Source of the DNA: Eledone cirrhosa
Taxonomy: Eukaryota
DNA length: 64,000 nt
Direction of reading: 5' to 3'
Assembly: GCA_964016885.1 (NCBI GenBank)
Contig: OZ024742.1
Location: forward strand, 154,442,001-154,506,000
Shown here: positions 13,374 through 26,963 of the stretch, one piece after another
How positions within the stretch are numbered: position 1 is the stretch's first letter
Layout of the letters: every line of letters begins with the position of its first letter
Translations under genes and position numbers: made by a program
The notes under the pieces: model-generated
Seen by the model: only the letters and a program-made list of their open reading frames with translations
Database searches by the model: none
Told to the model about the DNA's origin: nothing

Positions 13374-13447
13374 CAAATTATAGTTTAAGCAAAGAATCGC
13401 TACTTTCACCCTTAACGGGATCTTCTGAAACTAACAAAGTCAATCTG
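13374..13447 (-). ncRNA. Hammerhead-like motif with CAGAAGA core (second copy)
   Basis: Same fold as 2247-2320. Confidence 0.65.
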
Positions 13448-14399
13448 TAAACGCAGAACTGGATATTTCAAAAAACGTTGCAACCGGAGGAAGACAGGAA
13501 GACGATACTTTGGTTCGTGGAAACGTTCGCTGGCAAAGAACGGGAAAAAACAAATATACGTCATTAAAAGGAGCGGTGAAAAACAATTACGCGCAAAGAC
13601 AGAACCACGTTTATGGTATACAAGAGGTCGTAGACTAATGTTCTCTTAGGTGGTGCATAGAGACGTTCTCTGGCAATGAACGAAAAAACGATGATAATAA
13701 GTCATATGTGGAGCGTGGAGAACAATAGCGTGCTATTGTTCTCCACGTAAATAGTATAGCAGAAGTTGTAGACTAAAATTCTAACTAGGAAACCAAATGA
13801 ATCTCCGCTACAGAGTTAAGAACAAAGTAAATAAATACAATACAGAAGTATTAGAAACAAATAAATACATACACGCAAACAATTACGTACATACACATAC
13901 ATACGCAACACTTTACCATAGGTATACAAAACCACGCACATATAAATATGTGTGTGTGTGTATGCTTGTGTACAAATAAATAAATAATTATATAAACGTA
14001 TATAAGTAAATAAATAATTATATAACAAGCGCACACACATACCTACAAATAAATACACGAATGTTCGGAGACGTAAGTCAACTAAAACAGGAAGTACACA
14101 TATACACACACCCACCATACGTACGAACTTGCATACTCACACAGACGCAAAACTCCCGTATACACATAGCCAAACCCTAATTACCAGAATATGTAAAAAT
14201 TATACGCCATAACAGTCAAATATACGTACGAGAAGGTATACATACCTTCACAAAACATACGGGTAATATATACTTACCTATGCAAATAAGTAAAGGAATA
14301 AACAAAACATATACTTAGCTCCCACATCAAGACGTAAAATATCCACGTATAGATCGTGCTATCCGTTAGGGTATAACGTAGGGCTGTAATACAGGAAAG

Positions 14400-16163
14400 T
14401 TTAGTGCAATTTATGTTTACAAGCCGAGATTGCCTCAGATTTTTTGTTTAAGATGTGGTCTCTGGCGTAGAGTATTTCCAGGGCCTCAACGGCGCAGAGG
14501 TCACATGGTCTTTTATTTCCGTAATACGATCTAGCCCTAGCTAGGATCTCCCAGTTTAATTTTTATATTGGGTGTGGTTGTCTTTTAGACTCCATATATA
14601 AGCTGAAAGTGACGTCATATTCCTTCTTAGAGGGTAACGAAAAGAATGGGTATGCATGTAATGACGCTGCTTGAAACTATTTGCGGTTAACCCTATGTAG
14701 GCCCTACGGGACGTGGGTGTTACAACCTTACATTTGTAGACAATATTACTAGAGAGGCATTTCCCGGATAGGGGAAAATCAGCCCGATTCCTACAATTAC
14801 AGTTAGTACTAACTACAGGGTTGCACGTGTTCCTACGGCTAGGTAGTTTAGCTAAATGTGAAGCTGTGATGTTATGTGCAAGGTTAGGAGTCGTAGAGTA
14901 AGACATTTTAATAGTATTTATATTAAAAATTTTACTATATTTATGTGTAGGGGGAAATGCATTGTAATAAGGGAAAGAAAGATCTTAGCTAATGGTGTGG
15001 CCACCTCCATTTTATATGGTGGGTTAAACCAACAAATGCGACGGGATCTATTTCTACTAGGTCGATTTTCGTACTCTGTATATGCTACCTTATCGACAAA
15101 TCCACTTCGAGCAAGAGATTCATTGTAATAAGTGGAATGGTCGTTGAAAATGCGCTCGTTGGTGGAAAGACGGGAAAGCCTCAACGAAACGTTTTTTTAC
15201 CAGGTTCTTGGTTATGCTGGCAGGATGGTTGGAATGCTTACTTATGTAATTAAGCGTATCATTCGGCTTTCTATACGGGTAATACAACCCATTCAATAAA
15301 TTGAGGGTAACGTCGAGGTAATTATAGACCGAGAGATTGGCCTCAACCTGTATAGAGAGGTTGCAGTCTTTAAAGAAGGCTGTGAGTTCTTTTCTGAACC
15401 TGTCGCAAGCACAAGGTCCGCACTTAGTCATGGTCAAAAGACCATCGTCACGGTACAAACCACCGCCCGCGTTGGGGAATTCGTCCTTGATAAAGAAAAG
15501 AAGGAAAAGGCCAATAAGATCAGTAACCTCCGCAGAGTCACTGGCGCCCATACTCACGTCGAATGGAGTACTATTGGATGTTTTAATCCAAATAGAGTCG
15601 TCGAAATTAATCACCGACTTTCGGGCATTAAGGATGACATCAACTTCGAAATCCTTATCCACTGTGAGTGTTTTAGCGAAATTGATAGCTCTAAGGAGAA
15701 GTGGTAAAGTGATGGAGGAGTAGTAATTGTTGATGTCGAATTGGATAACACGGCAATGTTCCTTGTTACATATGCCGTTGAACCAATCAATCACCGCGAA
15801 AGAATTGTTCCACAGTGCGAGAGGGGCCAAACTTCTAATTTCAGGTATAATTCTATCAATAATCATTTTACTAAGTCTACCTAAATCGGACTTCGTAGGG
15901 TTAATAAGCCGAATAGAGGGGTTGTTCGGAAAACTGGATTTGTGATCCTTCAGGGTAAAGTGGGGAGAGATAGGGTCCAGAGGTTCGGTCCGGTCCAGGA
16001 TGTTGAGATCAGATGTGATTTTAAACCCAGCATCGTTGATTTCCTTGATGACACACCGATTAGTTTTACGGTAATCCTTAGTTACAGCATTATGTAGTAG
16101 TTGATGGTAAGTACTGCGCTCCACTTGATATATGATGCCAGTTTTGTCGGAATGGACGTGCAC
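14400..16163 (-). pseudogene. Frameshifted PLE RT plus GIY-YIG ORF
   Basis: RLINPTKSDLG, QFDINNYYSSI, FDVSMGASDSAE, GLYRDDGL, YLDVTL, SNHP; then CNC..PLSGKCL, NIVY..AYIGLT, CDLC. Confidence 0.93.
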
Positions 16164-16289
16164 GGCGTTATATGGGGGGGGGGTGTAATGTATATAAATA
16201 TATATATATGTCTGTGTGTGTGTGCGTTTATTTTAATGTCTATCCACCACTCTCCCCTCACACCATCTCGTAACTCTTTTCCTTCCCAC

Positions 16290-16330
16290 CTTTATCCCAA
16301 TAACGGGCTTATGCCTGAAACGTCGTCCCC
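16290..16330 (+). ncRNA. Decayed minimal hammerhead in a PLE 3' end
   Basis: gggc-ttat-gcct GAAACGTC retained; CUGANGA box degenerate. Confidence 0.45.
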
Positions 16331-16350
16331 CACCCCCACTCTCAAGCGTG

Positions 16351-16389
<39 letters not shown>

Positions 16390-16881
16390 GGAGTTTTCAT
16401 GTAAAAGAATATTTCTTAGTACCTCTATGAATTGGTAGAATGAAGCGAAGAGTATTCCTCCGGTATTTATCAAGGGAGCCAGGGAGAACACTTTAATGTT
16501 GGTGATTTTGTTTCTTTAACAGTCGACATAGAGTCTTACTTCTCGGATGATGAGACGAAAATAAGTGAAATGCTAATAGGTGTTATTCCTATGAACATTG
16601 GCTGACAAAGCTCATTATATGATACACGATAAACAAAATTAAATATATGTGAACGAAGCTTCATCGTTTATCTTTATATATATATATATAAAGCTAAGTA
16701 TTTCTGAAGTAAAAGCAAAGGCAAAATGGTGCTCTATGTATAAAACAGAGCTATTTAATTGACATACGTGTAGTTTGTTCATCAGGCAGAAGGGTTTCTG
16801 AGGAACGAACTAGAGGTATGTTAAGACTGTCTGGGGTCATTTTCTAATGGAATAGTTATATATTGTGATGCACACTTTCTG

Positions 16882-16933
<52 letters not shown>

Positions 16934-16978
16934 TTGAAAAAATGAAAACGAAATTTCATTTCACACTCTTAGTATATT

Positions 16979-17096
<118 letters not shown>

Positions 17097-17102
17097 AATA
17101 TA

Positions 17103-17136
<34 letters not shown>

Positions 17137-17149
17137 CATACATACATAC

Positions 17150-17185
<36 letters not shown>

Positions 17186-17189
17186 TTAT

Positions 17190-19280
17190 CCCCTGATTAA
17201 TCCCCTGATCTCGCCGGACGCCTCATTGTGGCGAAGGGGTGCCAACCACTAATCTCAGTGGGCAAAGAATCGGCAAATACAGGTAGCAGGCGTCGGGTTA
17301 GCAACCCGGCACTGCTTTAAAAATTCTAACCGCTAAAGAAACAACAAAAAAGACAAAAGAAACATAAAATGATCGGCGTAAAGATGAAGGCGTGGGAAAC
17401 ACTCCACTCTTGACGGACCTCAACCAAAACCGAAACGACGTTGCTGTTCCGATGAGCCGGATTGTGAGCACCAAAACAAAAATGCGAATTGGAACTTGGA
17501 AAGTGCGTACACAATACCAGACAGGAAAACTGACTCAGCTACTTAACGAGTTCGACCACTACCAGCTGGGTGTGAGTAAAATGCGCTGGACCGACAGCGG
17601 AAAGATGAGTAGCAGCGCAGACACAACTTTGCTCTACACTGGACACCGAGACAAGCATGTTCATGGCGTTTGACTTGTGCTTAGCGTCCGAGCAACTCGA
17701 GCATTCATCGGATGGGAGCCAGTCAGCGAGCGCTTCATAACCTCGCGTTTTCAAAGTGGGCATGTGAAAATGACTGTTGTTCAGGGCTATGCACCGATTG
17801 ATGACGCAACCGACATCGACAAGAGCGCCTTCTACGAACAGCTGCAGGACACATTTAATAACTTGCCCAGCCATGACGTCAAACTACTGATCGGTGATTT
17901 TAACGCTCAGAGTGGCTGCAACAGACAGGGACTGGAACAGGTCACTGGACCATTCGGTTCTGCTTCGTTCATCACGGACAACGGCGAGAGACTGCTGCTG
18001 TTTTGTGCCATCTACAGCTTGTGCATTAGCAACACCGACTTCAAACACAAGGCGATTCACAAGGCTACTTGTCAGTCTCCGGACCAGAAAAGCCGAAACG
18101 AGATCGACTACACCTGCATCAACCAGCGCTGGCGGTCCTCGGTATGTGACGTCAGAGTGTACCGAAGTGCGGACATGGGATCAGACCACCATCTCCTGTG
18201 TGCGGAACTTCAGCTCTGCCTGAAGAAACGGACACGACAGGAATATGCAGTGGAGATGTTGAATTATCCCGGTCAAGCGCGACTGTACCAACTGGCGCTA
18301 CACAACCGATTCCAGCAGTTGAGTGTGGCTGCAGATCTGGAAGATCAATGGACAATATTCACGACAGCGGTGACTGAGGCAGCACAAGAAACCATTGGCC
18401 GAAGACGAGGAACGAGGAGGGAAAAATGGATCCAAGAACCAGCGTGGGACCTGATTGACAGACGAAAAAAGGCAAACGTCGAACAAGATTCTACCAGATC
18501 GGAGGAATACCAAAAGAAAAGAGATGCCATGCACCGCCAAATCGACCGACTGTTAAAGCGAAGCTGCTGGCGAGACAAACTTGACTGCCTGGAGAAAAAG
18601 GGTGCTGAGGCAGAGGAAGCTGATGGTCGACACTAAAGTACTGTTCCGCATCGTGAGGGAGTTGACAGGAATGTCGAGCGGTGCCAGCATGCAAGTGAAG
18701 AACAAACATGGCAAGACGTTGACCACTGGAGCGGAACAGGAGCAGAGATGGATGGAGTACTTCAGGGAGACGCTAAACCAACCAAATCTGGTCGCCCTGA
18801 TTGACTTGACCGCAGAGACTCCAGCAACCACTGATGTACTAATAGCCTGCGAGGACCATATCACCAAGAAAGAGACGAGATATGCGATTAGCCACTTGAG
18901 GAACGGAAAATCAGGCGGACTGGATGAGATATCTGCTGAGTTGCTCAAATTCGGTAATGAGAGCACGATAACGGCGTTGACACACTTGATGAACCACTGC
19001 TGGAGGGTTGGACGGGTTCTCCTTGAGTGGCAGCGCGGTTTCATCGACAAACTGCCGAAGAAGTGAAACCTGACAGACTGCAACAACTGGCGTGGTATCA
19101 CATTGCTGTCAGTCCCAGGCAAGGCGTTCTGTACTTTGCTGCTGCGTCGACTCCGGCAGGCTGTCGATTCTGTGCTCCGGCAGAACAAGCCGGCTTCCGA
19201 AAAAATCGATCTTGCGCAGAACAGATCTTTACACTACGCAACATTCTCGAACAATGCGTTGAGCTACAAAAGCCTTGCTG
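17190..19280 (+). mobile_element. RTE-clade LINE: 5' UTR, AP endonuclease and start of RT; 3' part missing
   Basis: MRIGTWKVRT, VVQGYAP, LLIGDFNA, NEIDY, GSDHHLL, NWRGITLLSVPGK, EQAGFRKNRSCAEQIFTLR. Confidence 0.93.
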
Positions 19281-19745
19281 ACATCTGTAATCTGTGATTT
19301 AGCTATCTAATTTAAGACAGTAAGAGTTGTCAAGGTCTGTTTCCCTAATTGTCGAAATCGCCTAGCCAATATTTGGAAGATATGGGTTTCGATTTCTCAT
19401 ACCATCTTTTTTCCTAATTAAAGTTCTTCGCCCTATTTCATAAGCTATTTGAAGCATCTCCGTGCATGAGCAAATCATTATTTAAATACGAGTGTATGTG
19501 TTTGTCCGTACATAGCGTAAACTTTCTATTTGCAGGTGTTGTGTCACATTATATTTTTATTCGTGTTATTCTTATTTTCACAATAGGTATAACATTTGTT
19601 GTAAAATGATTTGCGATACTCTGTAAATCTGGGATATTCTTCCTTAGTTTCTGAAACTATTCCTTTTCGTCTCCGTACATCTAAGTTTATCATATATCTT
19701 TAATCAATTATAAAGTCGAAAGTTATATATAGATAGAGAGAGAGA

Positions 19746-19797
<52 letters not shown>

Positions 19798-20119
19798 GAG
19801 TGAGAGAGATAGAGAGAGTGAGAGAGAGAGAGAGAGAGGGACAGAGAGAGAGTCTGTGACGCTGAGACTACTAATTATGGGCGTATTCAATGCATGTGTT
19901 GATGTAGACGGTGTATAAAGATATCTAAAATAGCGACGATGGTGCCAAGCGGGTTCGGCTTGTTCGTTCACCAAGCATTTTCAATGAGTGTATTCATTAC
20001 ACCTTTATAAATGCATGCTGAACACATGAGCCGAAAACGTTTGCCCATGGGGTCGGGATTTTACATCACTCTCTCTATCTCTTTCTATCTCTCTGTCTAT
20101 CTCTCGCTCTCTCTTTCTC

Positions 20120-20216
<97 letters not shown>

Positions 20217-21324
20217 ATATGATGAAAATCCGGGATTTGACTACTGTGATTTACCGATTGATGGTGAAATATATTTCTTTATTTAATGAAATATATACAA
20301 AGGAGATTAATCATTTTGATAGGTACCTATATTTGAAGTTCTAGCTAAACTTTAATTAGTTACCTACCAAGTTGTGTGTGGTTACACACTTTACAAATTA
20401 TTCCCTGTGATTGTTTCCTATGTTTAGTTTATATACATACTAGCTGAGGTACCCAGCTTCGCCAAGGTTAACAAATGATAAGAGAAGACCGGCAGAAGAG
20501 AAAACGTCTGTATTGAATGTTTACAGTGTGTGTGTATTGCGTGTGTGTGTGTGTATGTTTGTGTGTGTTTGTGTATATATATGTGTATGTGAGTGTTTGT
20601 GTGTGTGTGTGTGTATATATGTGTATGCGTGTGCCTGTGTGAGTGTGAGTGTGTGCGCGCGTGTGTGTCTGTGTAAATCACCGTTGGAATCGGAGACATA
20701 GGCCGAGAAACACGATCATCACTGACAACGAACTCGCAGAAAAAATCCCTTATGGTTGATTCCCAATCTGCTAGAAATAATAGTCAGGTTGGTTAGCATT
20801 CGTGGTATGTCTTTCTTCTTTTTTGGTGTTATAAAATTAGTATCTATAAACTATCCTGTATATACTCTTATCCCAATCCTGTACATACTTTCTGATTGTC
20901 ACTTTTCGTTTTTTTCGTGTGATACGCGAAGGAACCAACAAACAAACTTCTCTCTTTTATATCTCTTTTATTTGTTCATTCAAAATATTTTCAGCAATCG
21001 TTATCTAATATTTAAAACATATGAATAGCAGCGATATATGCACCATATCAATCAAAGACGATATCACAATTGAATACCATAATGAATGCCAGTAAGCTTG
21101 CTAAGAACCTGCAGATACAAATGTTAATAAATACAACATTTGGCTTGGGTAAACTTTAAGATGTTCTTTCATTGTAGGTTTCTTTTCTCAGTCAGTACGT
21201 TAAAGAGAATTGATAGTTACAACAATATATTTTGAACAGAGAACAGATTTTTTAACAAACATTTCAATAATTTGTACAACCATAATGGAAATTCCAAGTA
21301 ACAGAAAATACATAAATGACATTG

Positions 21325-21510
21325 TTAAAGCCTCAGAGTATACTATAATTTTTGTTCGGCGCTCGGGAGCAAAGATGAAGAGATTGTTTGGCGAGCTCAC
21401 TCTAGAGCATCCTACCTACAATTGACCATGGTTTTCCCAGATGAAAGCCAGCCACTTATAGGGTTTGACCCTGAGCTTTTTTTATGGTAATCGCAAAGCT
21501 TAGTTTCTCT
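21325..21510 (-). pseudogene. Helitron Pif1-type helicase C-terminal fragment
   Basis: LSFAITIKKAQGQTL*VAG...HGQL*VGCSRVSSPNNLFIFAPERRTKIIVYSEAL. Confidence 0.85.
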
Positions 21511-21632
21511 GTTGCTCTAGTAACATTTTTTCTTCTGGAAAATCTGATATCGCAGCCAGTCTTGGACATTTTGGGTGGCATATCGGCAGTAACAATGACG
21601 ATAAGCCGTCTGTGCTTTCGTGAAATAAATAC

Positions 21633-21766
21633 GTTTGTTTATATTTTGTTTTTGTGTATGCAAAAATATATGTACACAAATATATAATTATATATATATA
21701 TATATATATAATTATATATTTGTGTACATATATTTTTGCATACACAAAAACAAAATATAAACAAAC
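21633..21766. repeat. Perfect 134-bp palindrome centred on (TA)n
   Basis: gtttgtttatattttg...(TA)n...caaaatataaacaaac. Confidence 0.9.
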
Positions 21767-22077
21767 ATGGAAAATTCTGTTGGTTGGTTAATTATTTGTG
21801 TTAGTTTTATAACATCTAGTCGAGAGCTTATCATGATGATTAGCGGAAATTAAAATATTTCCATTCGCTAACATTTGAATTGACCCGCCAAAAACCGGGG
21901 GTTATTTCCATTGCCGGAATTAACACGTGATAACTATAGATTCGATTAGCAGCCATGCGAGCGACAACATATTTTATCACTCGTGGTTCTAAGCAGAACG
22001 AAAACCAGTTCATAAACTGAGTCCTCTGTTCAGTCACCATTACTACGATCTTGCCATTCAAGTAAGTCTGATATTTG

Positions 22078-22303
22078 ATTTATATTCACTTATTTACTTA
22101 TTTAACATGTTCAAATGTCAACACTTCCAGTTATACGACATTCCTAACGTCGTGACGAACCAATGTATCATCTTGTGTTTTCTTTCGGTTGCAAGGTTTT
22201 TCGAAATATTTACTTCTGCGTTCACATATTGATTATTTTTTAGTTTCATAAGAACCCGTTAAGGGTGAAAGCAGCGATTCTTTGCTTAAACTTTAATCTG
22301 TTA

Positions 22304-22374
<71 letters not shown>

Positions 22375-22540
22375 ATATATATATATGTACTAAAAAATAA
22401 TCAATATGTGAACGCAGAAGTAAATATTTCGAGAAACCTTGCAACCGAAAGAAAACACAATTGGTTCGTCAAGACGTTAGGAATGTCGTATAACTGGAAG
22501 TGTTGACATTTGAAAATGTTAAATAAGTGAATATTTAAAT
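22078..22540 (+). mobile_element. pLTR fragment related to the YRDD-type PLE, with an inverted partner; HHR at 22225-22300 (CATAAGA core)
   Basis: Similar to 2180-2333; 22389-22540 is the reverse complement of about 22078-22243. Confidence 0.8.
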
Positions 22541-23357
22541 AATGGCTTTAATCTTTTAAAAAATGTCAGTACACAAAAACACCCTCACTTTCTTACTTGG
22601 AAAAAAGTTACATCTATGGTGCAAATTTGGTGCTTTTTGGTCCAGCCGCTTGGCGGAAAGTTTGTTACTTACATACGGCCGTTTGCTTTATAGTATATAT
22701 ATATGTCAATCAATTTCTAGTTGATATAAAATGCTCGGATCTATGTAATGGAATCTTTGAGCATATTCGACAGTGGATATGGCGCATGTCTCTCAGACAT
22801 GACACCCTTAATTTAAATTTGGATATATATACGGCTCCTTAATTGTAGAGCTAACTCAGTTGAAGGGAATCGGCTGCTATTTCTAGCTGTCGTCAATCCT
22901 ATTGACGCCACTGCGATGACGTTGGCACGATGTGTGCATCTAAAAAAAATGCAACACGTGCTACGAGTGATTCGCAGATTTGCATGTGCCGTGTTAATAG
23001 TTGAATGTTCTCCTTTGTTCAAAATCAGAGGTTTGACTACTGTGATTTACCGATTGATGGTGAAATATATGTCTTTATTTAATGAAATATATACAAAGGA
23101 GATTCATCATTTCAAAAAGCATCTATATTTGAAGTTGTAGTTAAACTTTAATTAGTTACCTGCCTAGCTGTAAGTGCTTTCACACTTTACTAATTATTCC
23201 CTGTAATTGTTTCATATGTTTATTAAACATATATATGTCAATCAATTTCTACTTCATATACAATTCTCGGATCTATTCATTGGAATCTTTGAGAATATTC
23301 TATAGTGGATATGGAACATGACTCTGAGATCTGACACACTTAGTTTAATTTTGTATA

Positions 23358-23388
<31 letters not shown>

Positions 23389-23443
23389 TATTATTATTAT
23401 TATATATATTATTATTAATATATATATGTATATATTAATATTA

Positions 23444-23480
<37 letters not shown>

Positions 23481-23500
23481 CATATATATATATATATGTA

Positions 23501-23556
<56 letters not shown>

Positions 23557-23776
23557 GTCTGCATCTATGTTTTTGTTCCTGTCCAAGTTTTCACTATATA
23601 TATTTATACATATATATACATTATAATATAATATATATATATATATATGTTATAATATATATATTATATATATATATATATATATAAGTAAAGAGTCAAT
23701 TATCAAAGTTTAATCAAAGAGTCAAAGTTTAATTATAACAGATTCGAAGCAATGGACATGATTCTTCTGGGGGAAA

Positions 23777-24081
23777 TATCAATGATATTAATAATTGGAA
23801 ACTATAATTTATAATACCATATTAATTTTATTATATATATTTCAAGGGTACCAACATTTTGTTACGCTCCCATCAGATAAAATACAAAAGTTGTTTTATA
23901 AGTATTGACATATCCCCAAAACGATAAGTCCTTGTTTTTTCGATATGACAATATCTATGAAACAACTTTTGTACTTTATCTGACGAGTGCGTACACACAT
24001 TTCGGTACGCTTAACATATATATAATAAAATATATATGGACTTATAAAGTGTCGTTTCCATTCCATTTATTAATATCATTG

Positions 24082-24085
<4 letters not shown>
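23777..24085. mobile_element. Head-to-head element with one minimal hammerhead per arm (23825-23884 minus, 23972-24032 plus)
   Basis: Arms 23777-23914 and 23942-24085; CTGATGG..GAAA tatata TA versus CTGACGA..decayed GAAA. Confidence 0.75.
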
Positions 24086-24154
<69 letters not shown>

Positions 24155-24164
24155 TATATATGTA

Positions 24165-24257
<93 letters not shown>

Positions 24258-24259
<2 letters not shown>

Positions 24260-25258
24260 ATAACTGCACCAAACCAGGTACGTGCCCACTGAATAACCAG
24301 TGCCTAGCACGCAATATTGTCTACCGATGTACAATAAATTCCGGAACAAACAAATGGTATTACGTCGGATGTACCGCAACTTCTTTCAAGGCTCGCCTAT
24401 ACCAACATCGATTTTCGATCAGGCACGAGAAAATGAACTCCGTAACAACCCTCGCCGATAAAGCCTGGCAGCTCCGGAGGAACAATCAAGCATTCTCCCT
24501 TGATTGGCAAATTATTGCTGCCGCGCCTGCATATAAGCAAAATCATCGATTCTGCAAGTTATGCAATTTGGAGATATACTGCATTTTAACGTCGGTAAAC
24601 ACACTTTTGAACAGCAAAATTGAACGTTCTCTGTACTGTAACCATCGTTTTAAAACAACTTTTTCTTTTTTTAAATGCATATACTGTTACCTTTTTACAC
24701 CACCGTTTGCAAATTTCTGTTTTATATGTTTATACACAAGATATGGCTCTCTATATTAATAGTACTAAACACTGTTTTCTGGACCCCTTTAGAAATAACC
24801 TGCTACTATAATAGCCCCAATAACTTGTCTGTGACTCTGTACCACTTTGACCCCTTTAACTAAATTTTGTCCGAACAACACCACTAGAAGAATTTACTTC
24901 CCCCGCCAACCCTAACACGCCTCATTAAGCTAACTGCTGCCAACACATTCTCTCCTTACAATCTCTACTAGTCTGACAGTCTTAAATCCTAGGACTCCCT
25001 CCACCTTACTCACTTCCCTCTTCCCCTTCTCTTCCTACCTCCTTCTTTCTCTTTTATCTAGTGTATAAAATATTTTCATATCATTCAAATACAAAGGTCT
25101 GACGACATGGTGTGTTTGCTTACAGTGTACCTACGGTTTATGATAATATTTTTATATTATTCAAATAGCGAGGTATAGGTAACCCATACACTATAGAAAC
25201 AATTGTTACCTAATAAATTCTGTATACCCGCATTTCCACTTCATAAACTTCTTCTCCA
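24258..25258 (+). mobile_element. 3' fragment of a second PLE resembling the 14400-16163 element: open GIY-YIG domain (24258-about 24680) plus pLTR
   Basis: [48 protein letters not shown]; long (TA)n on both sides. Confidence 0.9.
25095..25211 (+). ncRNA. Hammerhead with long stem II, intact core
   Basis: aggt CTGACGA catggtgtgt...atacactata GAAA caattg TT acct. Confidence 0.82.
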
Positions 25259-25296
25259 TACATATACATATATATATATATCTATATCTATATATA

Positions 25297-25373
<77 letters not shown>

Positions 25374-25380
25374 GTATATG

Positions 25381-25422
<42 letters not shown>

Positions 25423-25517
25423 TACATATATATGTATATATATATACACATATACATACATATATATATATATAAATAGATAAATATACACGGGTGTGTA
25501 TGATTGTGTATAGAAGA

Positions 25518-26060
25518 TTATATTAATAAGAGGAATTCCAACTTTGTCTGATTTACTCGTTTTATTTACAATCCTTTAGCATTTATAATGGTATTATAAT
25601 GAAATAGTATGATAGAATATTAAATGTTAAGTGTTAATTGAACAGGTACTTTCATGCTTTCGCAATCTTCAGATTCATAATGTGTGGTGACAGTCAAGTT
25701 TGCAATTTTCAACTGTAATGAGATGGGTAAATTTTGTACCTTATATACAGTGAAAAATGGTTCCAGAATGCTAAATCTTGCAAACTGTAATTCCACCAAT
25801 CGGTATGTAGTTTCACTGAATTACTAAAGCTGATTGGTTTAAGCGTCACGGTTGGTTGAGCTTGTCTAACGACCAATAATTGATCCTATCCAATGCATCA
25901 ATTGTTTTGCTATTTTTAGAAATGATGAAAATAGCATTTTCTAGTAATCATCATCATCAACATCACTTTTATTATTATTATTATTGTTGTTATTATACAT
26001 TTTAAAGGATTGTAAATAAAACGAGTAAATCAGACAAAGTTGGAATTCTCTTATTAATAT
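25518..26060 (-). mobile_element. Solo pLTR-like element with inverted ends; HHR at 25640-25676
   Basis: About 25520-25590 and 25992-26058 are inverted; minus strand gaat CTGAAGA ttgc-gaaa-gcat GAAA gtac CT gttc (U16.1 mutated). Confidence 0.75.
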
Positions 26061-26085
26061 ATATATACATATATATATATATATA

Positions 26086-26963
<878 letters not shown>

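Larger units (their letters stand above)
13361..16170 (-). mobile_element. 5'-truncated Penelope-like element, YRDD type (resembles the Hydra clade)
   Basis: RT plus GIY-YIG followed by about 1 kb of 3' region ending in (TA)n. Confidence 0.9.
20440..22700 (-). mobile_element. Internally deleted Helitron
   Basis: Minus-strand 3' end: hairpin accttggc-gaa-gctgggt then CTAG|T at 20440; helicase C-terminus inside; 5' end falls in the TA run near 22700. Confidence 0.8.
20225..23355. repeat. Old local duplication; first copy split by a Helitron
   Basis: 20225-20426 matches 23021-23222, and about 22700-22830 matches 23229-23355. Confidence 0.85.

Noticed and set aside
23905-24257. N-terminal part of the 284-aa ORF
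   Set aside because: Chance read-through of (TA)n into the real GIY-YIG fragment.
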